Source: Eledone cirrhosa (Eukaryota). From it: 64,000 bases of DNA. The notes under the pieces were generated by a model. The model was not told the origin of the DNA. It worked only from the letters and a program-made list of their open reading frames with translations, and made no database searches. Location: the NCBI GenBank assembly GCA_964016885.1, contig OZ024743.1:108810001-108874000 (forward strand). The letters are read 5' to 3'. Below are positions 1 to 12,592 of this stretch, piece after piece. Each line of letters starts with the position of its first letter. Positions within the stretch are counted from its first letter, which is position 1. The translations under genes and the position numbers were made by a program.

Positions 1-285
1 CTTGAATATTATCTGTTGATCCTATACAAGCTCCTACATAAATTGGTATAATTTCACCCAAATTGTAGTAATCTTATAATGAAACATGACGTCCGTCTGG
101 GAAGAGATATATTCGATATGTCTCATATGAAATAATACAGCCAATTTTCCACACAATACATTTAGTTAGCACACCGAACGTTTAATTCGGAATATACTCA
201 CTTATTTCCTAATGTTTTGTTGAGTGAGTTGGAATTTGGCCGTAGTATCGCTAAAAGCTTTCTCCGATAATTTATTTTTTTATAT

Positions 286-317
<32 letters not shown>

Positions 318-2067
318 GCGGCGATGTATGTGAAAGTACAGAGGACCTCCTCAGCAGAATCAGTGAGTACAACAAAAACAGGAGCCTATCCAACCGCATA
401 ATAGACAGCATGGATGTGGTGTCACTGTACCCATCCATTAACATTGATTTTGTGGTGAAAAGATGTGTGGAGATGATCAGTGAGAGTGAGGTGGAGTTCT
501 GCGACATCGACACAGACGAACTGGGCCTCCTACTTAGACTTACCTACGACACTGACTACATAGACAGCCATGACCTTAGATGTTTCTGCCCTAGTAGACC
601 CCCCACCATAACCTCAATGGCTAAAAAGACTCCCATAGGGAGGTGGATTGGGTGGACCAAAGCTATACGGACACCCCAAAACACTGATCAGGTAAGACAA
701 ATGGTCGCACATACAATAGGGGCTAGTATCAAAACTACCCTAAAGGGCCACATATTTAAGTTCAATGAGAAAATCTACACCCAAAATGAGGGAGCAGCCA
801 TCGGCGTCAGCATAGCTGGTGATGTTGCCAACCTTTTCATGGTATGGTGGGAAAGGAGACTTAAAGATCTCCTTAATGAAAGCTCCATAGACCTCATCAT
901 GTACTCTCGTTATGTAGACGATATCAATATAGTTATAAGAACACCCCCACTAGAGAGCACTAACAAGTTTGATTTAGAACGTAGCACGATGGAAAGCATC
1001 CAGCAGATAGCTAATTCCATACACCAGAGTATAACTGTAACTATCGACTTCCCTTCCAAACACCCTAATAATAGACTACCTGTATTAGACACAGAACTCT
1101 GGATTAACACTATAGACGAGAGAGACCAAATTCTCCACTCACACTATGCTAAACCCATGGCCTCCAAATACCTGATACTCAAAAACTCAGCAATGTCCAG
1201 TAGTGCTAAGTTTAATATTCTGATCGCAGATTTGGTACGAGTGATGAAGAATGTGTCCATCATGTGCGACCCAACAGAAATGGAAAGACACATCCAACAC
1301 TTCATCAACCGCATGCAGTTCTCTGGCTACAACCAAAGAGACAGAGTCAGAGTATACGAAGGAGCCATGGAAAAGTATAAGACCCTCATAGAACTGGACG
1401 TGAAAGGAATTTGCCCACTATACAGGAGCAAATCATGGAATAGCTTAGATAGGGCTAGACATAAGATAGGGAAGGCCACATCATGGTACGACAACCAGAG
1501 ATATCAGAGTGTCATGTTTGTAGACGCCACCCCTGGAGGGAAATTAGCTAACCAGTGTAGAAAGGCACTGAGAAAGACCCACTTAAAAATAAAGGTGGTA
1601 GAAAAGCCAGGAACACTATAAAATCCCTGATCAGCAAAACCTACCCTTTTAAGAAAACCCACTGTACCAATAGGAAATGTATCATATGTAAGGTGAACCC
1701 CCGGATAAACTGTAAAACTAGAAACGTAGTCTATAGCATAAGATGTACAGAGCGTACTTGCAGAAACATGACAACAACATTCATAGGTGAGACAGCTCGT
1801 AGCATAGGTGAAAGGATAGACCAACACTGGGGGGAACTAAAAGGACGAAAAAACGGGTCAGTACTATACGAACATGCTAGACAACAAGATGACGGTAACA
1901 TAGACAACATAGAAATTAGAATAATATCTAAACATAGGAATGACCCAGCAGATAGGCAAATCAGAGAGGCCAGTGAAATAGAAATTAGAAGACCAAAGCT
2001 AAACAGAAAGAATGAGTGGAACAACAACAACACCCAAACAAACAACACTGACCTAAGAGAAGTATAA
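318..2067 (+). pseudogene. PLE reverse transcriptase + GIY-YIG endonuclease, frameshift near 1612
   Basis: Motifs SMDVVSLYPSI, QNEGAAIG, RYVDDINIV, LPVLD, then VVYSIRC...FIGETARSIGERIDQH. The 48500 copy reads through (KQGNTIKSLISK), showing a 1-nt loss here. The N-terminus of ORF 224 is microsatellite. Confidence 0.92.
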
Positions 2068-2345
2068 ATAAGTAAATAAAATAAAATAAAATAAGATAAA
2101 TAAATACATACACAAGCACAATAACAACAAGCACATAAACACACACTAGTCACCCAGCAGACACAACACTATACACACTAGTCACACAGCACACATAACA
2201 CTACACACACACGCAAACGCATGCGCAAAGAAGACAAAATAAAATAAGATAAACAAACAAGCAAATAAATAAATAAATATATAGACAGACTGAATAAAAA
2301 ATGGCGTAGACATACAACACAACAGGAGGATCAATGAATATAACA

Positions 2346-2385
2346 CCACTGACGATGTTGCAGATGTGCAACGAAAGATTTATGG
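2346..2385 (+). ncRNA. Minimal hammerhead ribozyme motif in family A pLTR
   Basis: cca-CTGACGA-t-GTTGCA-gatg-TGCAAC-GAAA-gatt-TA-tgg; stem I is short. The core recurs at ~4105-4144(-), ~27050-27080(-, GAAA mutated), ~37100-37136(-), ~40993-41030(+) and ~49345-49380(+, GAAA changed to GAAG). Confidence 0.7.
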
Positions 2386-2590
2386 AAATTATGTAAACTA
2401 TATATATGTGTTTATGTCTATATTGTATCTGTATTATTTTTGACCGTCGGTCAGTCAATGGCAACATTGAGGACCGAGTAAGTTAGATCGCAGATATAAA
2501 AGACAGCGAGAAGCGAAAACCAACCAAACAGTGAGTGTGTTCTGTTATTAATTCTGGCAATATTACGCAAATATGACCCTCCCCAAGTAT

Positions 2591-2644
<54 letters not shown>

Positions 2645-2676
2645 AGAACAAAAGATGGTTAAAAGAGTTCCATGTA

Positions 2677-2743
2677 TTTTATTATGCGCATTTCAAAAAC
2701 AAATAACATTATGCAATAATATTTGTGTTTTCATCAGATAAAA
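2677..2743 (-). ncRNA. Hammerhead ribozyme (type I)
   Basis: Reverse strand: ttttat-CTGATGA-stem II-GAAA-tgcgca-TA-ataaaa; perfect 6-bp stem I. Confidence 0.85.
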
Positions 2744-3671
2744 CAGGAAGACATGATATGAAGATTAAAAAACACTTGTGGATAGTTCAGTTTTAAATCA
2801 ACATATGAGAAGTAGTTTTAGATTGATGTGTGATATTGGGAAACATATTTTATTTAGAGGGGGGGTTGGAAAGGATGAAAAAAAGAGCAGGAGATGAGAG
2901 TAAAAGGTGGAAAGGGAGGAGTATAACGAGGAAGGATGAGATAGGAGGAGAGATGGGTGATAGAGAGAGAGAGATAGCTTTTATAACTGAGAAAGATATA
3001 TATGTTTTACATAGAGAGGTTGAAAACCGTTGGAAGATAATCTATCAATTAAAAGAATTTGAAAATTAACGAAGAGAAAAATAATGTAAAGTTAAGGTTT
3101 GTATATTGAGGGGTTTGATAATGTGTGCGAAGAAAAAGAAAATGTTAATATGTATTGAGAATAATGAGTTAGATGAAAGGGAGAAAAGATAATGAATTGA
3201 GGATGAATAATCTAACGTCAAAAAATGTATATGTTTACGAAGGATTTTTACAAGGTGATATAGAGTAAGAATGTATTGTATTATTCGCACATATTATCAA
3301 ACCCCTCAATATACAAACCTTAACTTTACATTATTTTTCTCTTCGTTAATTTTCAAATTCTTTTAATTTATACATTATCTTCCCACGGTTTTCAAACTCT
3401 CTATGTAAAACAATATATCTTTCTCAGTTATAAAAGCTATCTCTCTCTCTCTATGACCCATCTCTCCTCCTATCTCATCCTTCCTAATTATACTCCTCCC
3501 TCTCCACCTTTTACTCTCATCTCCTCCTCTTTTTTTCATCCTTTCGACCCCCCCCCTCTAAATAACATATTTTTCACAATATCACACATCAATCTAAAAC
3601 TACTTCTCATATGTTGATTTAAAACTGAACTATCCACAAGTATTTTATAATCTTCATATCATGTCTTCCTG

Positions 3672-3738
3672 TTTTATCTGATGAAAACACAAATATTATT
3701 GCATGATGATATTTGTTTTTGAAATGCGCATAATAAAA
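3672..3738 (+). ncRNA. Hammerhead ribozyme (type I)
   Basis: ttttat-CTGATGA-aaacacaaata...tatttgttttt-GAAA-tgcgca-TA-ataaaa; palindromic stem III ATGCGCAT. Confidence 0.87.
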
Positions 3739-3863
3739 TACATGGAACTCTTTTAACCATCTTTTGTTCTTATATATTATGTATACTCCAGTCCTACAAA
3801 CTGTAGAGTGCTTCTTATCCGATATCTGCATTGCTTTATTGTACTACAATAAAACTCACCTCC

Positions 3864-3894
<31 letters not shown>

Positions 3895-3899
<5 letters not shown>

Positions 3900-4252
3900 A
3901 TATTTGGGGAGGGTCATATTTGCGTAATATTGCCAGAATTAATAACAGAACACACTCACTGTTTGGTTGGTTTTCGCTTCTCGCTGTCTTTCATATCTGT
4001 GATCTAACTTACTCGGTCCTCAATGTTGCTATTGACTGACCGGCGGTCAAAAATAATACAGATACAATATAGACACAAACACATATATATAGTTTACATA
4101 ATTTCCATAAATCTTTCGTTGCACATCTGCAACATCGTCAGTGGTGTTATATTCATTGTTCCTCCTGTTGTGTTGTATGTCTACGCCATTTTTTTTTTTT
4201 TTTAATTTTGTTCAGTCTGTCACACGATTTCATATAAAAAACCTCGCAAAAC

Positions 4253-4253
<1 letters not shown>
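3895..4253 (-). mobile_element. Solo family A pLTR with inverted tail piece at its 5' junction
   Basis: 3895-4220 is the reverse complement of ~2285-2595; 4221-4253 is the family A tail in the opposite orientation. Confidence 0.85.
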
Positions 4254-4283
<30 letters not shown>

Positions 4284-4308
4284 TGGCAACATGACCCTCC
4301 CAAAGTAT

Positions 4309-4391
<83 letters not shown>

Positions 4392-4394
<3 letters not shown>

Positions 4395-7011
4395 ATAATA
4401 ATAAAATTGAAGACTAAAATCCAAAGAGGGCTCGATAAGGAAAATATATATCAAATATATAAGAACCGTAGAGCAAATATTTATTAAAATAACAGATTAA
4501 AGTTTAAGCAAATAATCGCTGCTTCACCCTTAACGGGATCTCCTGAAACTAACAAAGTCAATCTGTAAACGCAGAACTGGATATTTCAAAAAACGTTGCA
4601 ACCGGAGGAAGACAGGAAGACGATACTTTGGTTCGTGGTAACGTTCGCTGGCAAAGAACGGAAAAAAACGAATAATACGTCATTAATAGGAGCGGTGAAA
4701 AACAATTACGCGCAAAGACAGAATCACGTTTATGGTATAAAAGAGGTCGTGGACTAATGTTCTCTTAGGTGGTGCATAGAGACGTTCTCTGGCAATGAAC
4801 GAAAAAACGAAGATAATAAGTCATATGTGGATCGTGGAGAACAATAGCATGCAAAGAAAAACCACGTAAATGGTATAGCAGAAGTCGTAGACTACAATTC
4901 TAACTAGGAGACAAAATGAATCTCGGCTACAGAGTTAAGAACAAAGTATATAAATACAATACAGAAGTAATTGAAACAAATAAATACATACACGCAAACA
5001 GATACGTACATACACAAGCATACGCAAAACCTTACCATAGGTATACAAAACCACGCACATATAAATATGTGTGTGGGTATATTCTTGTGTACAAATAAAT
5101 AAATAATTATATAAATGTATATAAGTAAATAAATACGTATATAACAAGCGCACACGCATACCTACATATAAATACACGAATGTTCGGAGACGTAAGTCAA
5201 CTAAAACAAGAAGTACACATATACACACACCCACCATACGTACGAACCTGCATACTCACGCAGACGCAAAACTCCCGTATACACATAGCCAAACACTAAA
5301 TACCAGAATATGTAAAAATTATACGCCATAACAGTCAAATATACGTACGAGAAGGTATAGATACCTTCACAAAACATACGGGTAATATATACTTACCTAT
5401 GCAAATAAGTAAAGGAATAAACAAAACATATACTTAGCTCCCACATCAAGACGTAAAATATCCACGTATAGATCGTGCTATCCGTTGGGGCATAACGCGG
5501 GGCTGTAATACAGGAAAGTTTTGTGCAATTAATGTTTACAAGCCGAAATTGCCTCAGATTTTTTGTTTAAGATGTGGTCTGTGGCGTAGAGTATTTCCAG
5601 AGCCTCAGCGGCGCAGAGCTCACATGGTCTTTTATTTCCGTTATACGATCTAGCCCTAGCTAGGATTTCCCAGTGTAAATTATATTGGGTGTGGTTGTCT
5701 TTTAGACTCCAGATATAAGCTGAAAGTGACGTCATATTCCTTCTTAGAGGGTAACGAAAAGAATGGGTATGCATGTAAAGACGCTGCTTGAAACTATTGG
5801 CGGTTAACCCTATGTAGGCCCTACGGGACGTGAGTGTTACAACCTTACATTTGTAGACAATGTTACTAGAGAGGCAATTCCCGGATAGGGGGCAATCAGC
5901 CCGATTCCTACAATTACAGTTAGTACTAACTACAGGGTTGCACGTGTTCCTACAGCTAGGTAGTTTAGCTAAATTTGAAGCTGTGATGTTATGTGCAAGG
6001 TTACGAGTCGTAGAGTAAGAAATTTTAATAGTATTTCTATTAAAAATTTTACTATATTTATGTGTAGGGGGAAAATGCATCGTAATAAGGGAAAGAAAGA
6101 TCTTAGCTAATGGTGTGGCCACCTCCATATTATATGGTGGGTTAAACCAACAAATGCGACGGGATCTATTTCTTCTAGGTCTATTTTCGTACTCTCTATA
6201 TGCTACCTTATCGACAAATCCACTTCGAGCAAGAGCTTCATTGTAATAAGTGGATTGGTCGTTGAAAATGCGCTCGTTGGTGGAAAGACGGGAAAGCCTC
6301 AACGAAACGTTTCTTACCAGGTTCTTGGTTATGCTGTCAGGATGGTTGGAATGCTTACTTATGTAATTAATCGTATCATTCGGCTTTCTATACGGGTAAT
6401 ACAACCCATTCAATAAATTGAGGGTAACGTCGAGGTAATTAACGACCGAGAGATTGGCCTCAACCTGTATAGAGAGATTTAAGCCTTTAAAGAAGGCTGT
6501 GAGTTCTTTTCTGAACCTGTCGCAAGCGCGAGGTCCGCACTTAGTCATGGTCAAAAGACCATCGTCACGGTACAAACCACCGCCCGCGTTGGGGAATTCG
6601 TCCTTGATAGAGAAAAGAAGGAAAAGGCCAATAAGATTAGTAACCTCCGCAGAGTCACTGGCGCCCATACTAACGTCGAATGGGGTACTATTGGATTTTT
6701 TAATCCAAATAGAGTCGTCGAAATCAATCACCGACTTTCGGGCATTAAGGATGATATCAACTTCAAAATCCTTAACCACTGTGAGTGTTTTAGCGAAATT
6801 GATAGCTCTAAGGAGAAGCGGTAAAGTGATGGAGGAGTAGTAATTGTTGATGTCGTATTGGATAAAACGGCAATGTTCCTTGTTACATATGCCGTTGAAC
6901 CAATCAATCACCGCGAAAGAATTGTTCCACAGTGCGAGAGGGGCCAAACTTCTAATTTCAGGTATAATTCTATCAAGAATCGTTTTACTAAGTATACCTA
7001 AATCGCAGATA
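4392..7011 (-). mobile_element. Penelope-like element family B (probably Hydra-type), 5'-truncated
   Basis: RT/GIY-YIG ORF plus ~1.1-kb 3' UTR and tail ending at (TA)n. Confidence 0.9.
5529..6947 (-). CDS. PLE RT + GIY-YIG endonuclease (partial, open frame; extends to ~7011)
   Basis: FIQYDINNYYSSI, FDVSMGASDSAEV, GLYRDDGL, NYLDVTL, WFNPPYN, CNCRNRADCPLSGNC, IVYKC...YIGLT, PCELC. Confidence 0.9.
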   Translation of the reverse strand: MAPLALWNNSFAVIDWFNGICNKEHCRFIQYDINNYYSSITLPLLLRAINFAKTLTVVKDFEVDIILNARKSVIDFDDSIWIKKSNSTPFDVSMGASDSAEVTNLIGLFLLFSIKDEFPNAGGGLYRDDGLLTMTKCGPRACDRFRKELTAFFKGLNLSIQVEANLSVVNYLDVTLNLLNGLYYPYRKPNDTINYISKHSNHPDSITKNLVRNVSLRLSRLSTNERIFNDQSTYYNEALARSGFVDKVAYREYENRPRRNRSRRICWFNPPYNMEVATPLAKIFLSLITMHFPPTHKYSKIFNRNTIKISYSTTRNLAHNITASNLAKLPSCRNTCNPVVSTNCNCRNRADCPLSGNCLSSNIVYKCKVVTLTSRRAYIGLTANSFKQRLYMHTHSFRYPLRRNMTSLSAYIWSLKDNHTQYNLHWEILARARSYNGNKRPCELCAAEALEILYATDHILNKKSEAISACKH

Positions 7012-7181
7012 AGGGAAAAAGGGTCTTATCTCTTCAATAGTTTGAAGATGAATGGGGTTGAATAGGTAGAGATAGGGTAGTAATCCTAGAGAGAGGCATA
7101 GAGACGGGGGTACTGAGGGTCGCATGGTAAATAACCGAGAGAGATACGATAGAATTAGAATACCGCATGGTAAATATCCGA

Positions 7182-7245
<64 letters not shown>

Positions 7246-7251
<6 letters not shown>

Positions 7252-8926
7252 TAAAATAACAGATTAAAGTTTAAGCAAAGAATCGCTGCTTTCAAGCTAA
7301 GATCTTTCTTTCCCTTATTACGAAGCATTTTCCCCCTACACATAAATATAGTAAAATTTTTAATAGAAATACTATTAAAATTTCTTACTCTACGACTCCT
7401 AACCTTGCACATAACATCACAGCTTCAAATTTAGCTAAACTACCTAGCCATAAGAACACGTGCAACCCTGTAGTTAGTACTAACTGTAATTGTAGGAATC
7501 GGGCTGATTGCCCCTTATCCGGGAAATGCTTCTCTAGTAACATTGTCTACAAATGTAAGGTTGTAACCCCCACGTCCCGTAGGGTCTACATAGGGTTAAC
7601 CGCCAATAGTTTCCAGCAGCGTCTTTACATGCATATCCATTCTTTTCGTTACCCGCTAAGAAGGAATATGACGTCACTTTCAGCTTATATCTGGAGTCTA
7701 AAAGACAACCACACCCAATATAATTTACACTGGGAGATCCTAGCTAGGGCTAGATCGTATAACGGAAATAAAAGACCATGTGACCTCTGCGCCGCTGAGG
7801 CCCTGGAAATACTCTACGCCACAGACCACATCTTAAACAAAAAATCTGAGGCAATTTCGGCTTGTAAACATAAATTGCACACAACTTTCCTGTATTACAG
7901 CCACACGTTATACCCCAACGGATAGCACAATCTATACGTGGATATTTTACGTCTTGATGTGGGAGCTAAGTATATGTTTTGTTTATTCCTTTACTTATTT
8001 GCATAGGTAAATATATATTATCCGTATGTTTTGTGAAGGTATCTATACTTTCTCGTACGTATATTTGACTGTTATGGCGTATAATTTTTACATATTCTGG
8101 TATTTAGGGTTTGGCTATGTGTATACGGGAGTTTTGCGTCTTCGTGAGTATGCAGGTTCGTACGTATGGCGGGTGTGTGTATATGTGTACTTCTTGTTTT
8201 AGTTGACTTACGTCTCCGAACATTCGTGTATTTATATGTAGGTATGCGTGTGCGCTTGTTATATACGTATTTATTTACTTATATACGTTTATATAATTAT
8301 TTATTTATTTGAACACAAGCATACACACGCACACATATTTATATGTGCGTGGTTTTGTCTACCTATGTAAGGTTTTGCGTATGCTTGTGTATGTACGTAT
8401 CTGTTTGCGTGTATGTATTTATTTGTTTCTATTACTTCTGTATTGTATTTATTTACTTTGTTCTTAACTCTGTAGCGGAGATTCATTTGGTCTCCTAGTT
8501 AGAATTTTAGTCTACGACTTCTGCTATACCATTTACGTGGTTTTTCTTTGCGTGCTATTGTTCTCCATGCTCCACATATGACTTATTATCTTCGTTTTTT
8601 CGTTCATTGCCAGAGAACGTCTCTATGCACCACCTAAGAGAACATTAGTCTACGACCTCTTTTATACCATAAACGTGGTTCTGTCTTTGCGCGTAATTGT
8701 TTTTCACCGCTCCTATTAATGACGTATTATTCGTTTTTTCCCGTTCTTTGCCAGCGAACGTTACCACGAACCAAAGTATCGTCTTCCTGTCTTCCTCCGG
8801 TTGCAACGTTTTTTGAAATATCCAGTTCTGTGTTTACAGATTGACTTTGTTAGTTTCAGAAGATCCCGTTAAGGGTGAAAGCAGCGATTCTTTGCTCAAA
8901 ATTTAATCTGTTATTTTAATAAATAT
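7246..8926 (+). mobile_element. Family B 3' fragment (GIY-YIG + 3' UTR) with ~50-nt inverted terminus at its 5' end
   Basis: 7295-8926 is the reverse complement of 4479-6108; 7246-7294 is an inverted copy of its own 3' end. Confidence 0.9.
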
Positions 8927-8933
8927 ATATATG

Positions 8934-9672
<739 letters not shown>

Positions 9673-9712
9673 ATATATATATATAGATAGATATAGATAT
9701 ATTTATATATAC

Positions 9713-9747
<35 letters not shown>

Positions 9748-9753
9748 AGTGTG

Positions 9754-9835
<82 letters not shown>

Positions 9836-10063
9836 AATAAATAATCGAGAATCGAAATCTCAGCCCACGGAATCACGAAACGCAATCATCGAAATGTGTG
9901 GCAGAGGGCTCAATAGTTTGGGTAAACCAGAGCTATAATTATCGTTAAATTACCAACACATAGAGACAATGCTTAAAATCATTCGCACAGCCGAAAAAAC
10001 GACCAGGAAAATTCGAGTCAAACAAATAATAAATTAATAAATTAATAAATTAAATGAATGTAA

Positions 10064-10183
<120 letters not shown>

Positions 10184-10260
10184 CGGAGGAAATGTGGTAA
10201 GGAACCAGGTGGACCATAACACACCGAAGTACTCAATACTTAGTGTAGTAGAGTGGGTAA

Positions 10261-10382
10261 TAGGAAGGAGTAGGACCCCGACGGCTGAGCTCAAGACGTT
10301 TCCACGGCTAATTCTGGACTTTCGTCCAGAATTAGCCGTCGAAACGGCTTGAGCTCAGCCGTGGGGGTCCTACTAGTTCCTA
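10261..10382. repeat. ~60-bp-arm hairpin made of family E PLE terminus
   Basis: Arms flank a TTTC loop (10320-10323); sequence matches 26771-26829. Confidence 0.85.
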
Positions 10383-10656
10383 TATATATATATATATATT
10401 GTTATACTTTGGGAGGGTCATGTTGCCAATAAGAAACACACGCACCATATATATATTGTGTATATATATATAATTAGAGAGAAAGAGAGATGTATTTTAA
10501 TTATGTCTCATATAAAATAATACAACTGTCTATCCGCAAAATACGTATAGTTAGCACCCCAATCGTATAATTGGGATTATACTAGGGTATATCCTAATGT
10601 TTGTTGAGTGAGACGGAAGCCGGTCGCTGTATTGCTTAAAGCTTTCTCTGTTAATG

Positions 10657-10696
<40 letters not shown>

Positions 10697-10842
10697 TTTT
10701 ATGCATTTTGTATATGTGTATATATGTGTATTTCTGTAGATGTGTTTGTATATGTATATATTTATATGGATATATATGTGTGTGTATATGTGTGTATATA
10801 TGTATATGTCTGTATATGTATACGTATATATATATATATGTG

Positions 10843-10901
<59 letters not shown>

Positions 10902-10943
10902 AAAAAATAAACAAAGAAGCCCTCAATTCATCAAAAATCTTTA

Positions 10944-10990
10944 TTTGTTGACAATGTTTCGTCCCATTAATAAGGACTCATCAGAGCAAG
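10944..10990 (-). ncRNA. Minimal hammerhead ribozyme at 3' end of family F
   Basis: Reverse strand: ttgct-CTGATGA-gtcc-ttattaatg-ggac-GAAA-cattg-TC-aacaa. Confidence 0.85.
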
Positions 10991-12592
10991 GAAAAAGACA
11001 AGAAGTATTAACGGCCAAAACAAGCTAAAAACTCAGAAGAACAGCTAATGGATATTTATGAAAATTTGGGAAAATTATCATGGAAAGATATGATAAATCT
11101 AATAGGGTGCATTTGTAAATAAGGACTATAGGGCAAGAGAGCAGGTAAGACATTAAAGAAACCCACGTTGGAAGTACAATATAAGTCTGATACTAGAAAT
11201 ACCACATGGTAATACAATGTGAGAATTATAATATACAAGACAATACAATAGATAATACAGAAATAAAACTTAATATATATATATATATATACATCCACAC
11301 TCACTCTGACACATATATATACACATTTACACATACACATAAAAACACAAATATAAATATAAGCATTATAATAGAATAATCACCTGAATGTGTGATTAAA
11401 TAATACCAAAATCAATGAAAATAATATATTGACATTAAAGAAATATATAACAATTCATCCTACGTATCATGTAAAGTCAACTAAGTGTGTATAAAAATAT
11501 AATGTATTTCACAGGGTAAAAAATAATAACAATACCATATAATAATATAAAGTCCGGTGGAAAAATATATATAAATATATATAATAGACAATAAATATAC
11601 GGAGATATAGGCAGTTTAAATTCATATAATATCACATATTAATATTTCGATACCGGACACATACTTATAATTCAAATACATATAATATAACATTATATAT
11701 TAACATTAACATGTCAATAGCAGACACAAATCCATATAATATTACATATCAATATTTCAATACCGGACACATACTTATAATTCAAATACATATATTATAA
11801 TATTATATATTAACATTAATATTTCAATAGCAGACACACAATAACAAGGGAAAAAGCTTAAGACATATTTACACGATAAATTCAAGGACACCAGTGACAT
11901 ATGATAGGGAATACAGATAGCAAGTGGTAGCAAAGCAAAACGAAAACAAAAACAAACACTAACACAAAATCACGTAGGCGCAACAAACCGTTAGGTGAAA
12001 ATAGAAGATACGACTATTATAAACCAAGAAATTGAATTAAAACCCTTATTAATTTAATTAATCTTAAAATAGTTGAATAAACATTATGGGTCACTTCATA
12101 TGGAATAAAATCTAAGTCCTCAATGCCGACAGAGATCAAGATATTTCAACAAATGAGCTAATATATTTATCGAAGATATGTTAAAATCTGTCGTGACGAC
12201 TGACGTTATCCAAAGTAAAAACTCCAATTAAAACTATGGTAGACAAAGGGGAACAGAAAGAAGTGAAACTACAGAGGGCAAGAAGGAACATAAAAGTATA
12301 ATATATATATATATTCAATAAGGCGAAGATTAAGTGTAGAAAGGATGAGATTCATTAGCCTATGATGTAGGAGACTAAAATTAAACTATTCAATAAGATA
12401 CACTCCAACCAGGGATGAAAATAAAGATAGGAATATATAAGTCGACAAGGAAGAGTAAAAATGTAATACATCAAGGTGATAAATGGGCTAAAACAGCTAA
12501 GAAAACTAGAAAAACTAAAATCAATAATCCGTAGAAAACTAATAATAATAATAATGAATTAAAAAAACCAAAGTGATAAGGAATCAAAACAG

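Larger units (their letters stand above)
318..2595 (+). mobile_element. Penelope-like element family A, 5'-truncated, flanked by (TA)n
   Basis: RT plus GIY-YIG coding region followed by a 3' UTR/pLTR ending ...CCCAAGTATAACAA; related copies at 36861-41226 and 48331-49578. Confidence 0.93.
2636..3868. mobile_element. Non-coding foldback element with ~500-bp inverted arms and outward-facing hammerheads
   Basis: 2636-3131 is the reverse complement of 3284-3780; ~150-bp spacer; extra ~85-nt tail on the right arm only; (TA)n on both sides. Confidence 0.85.
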
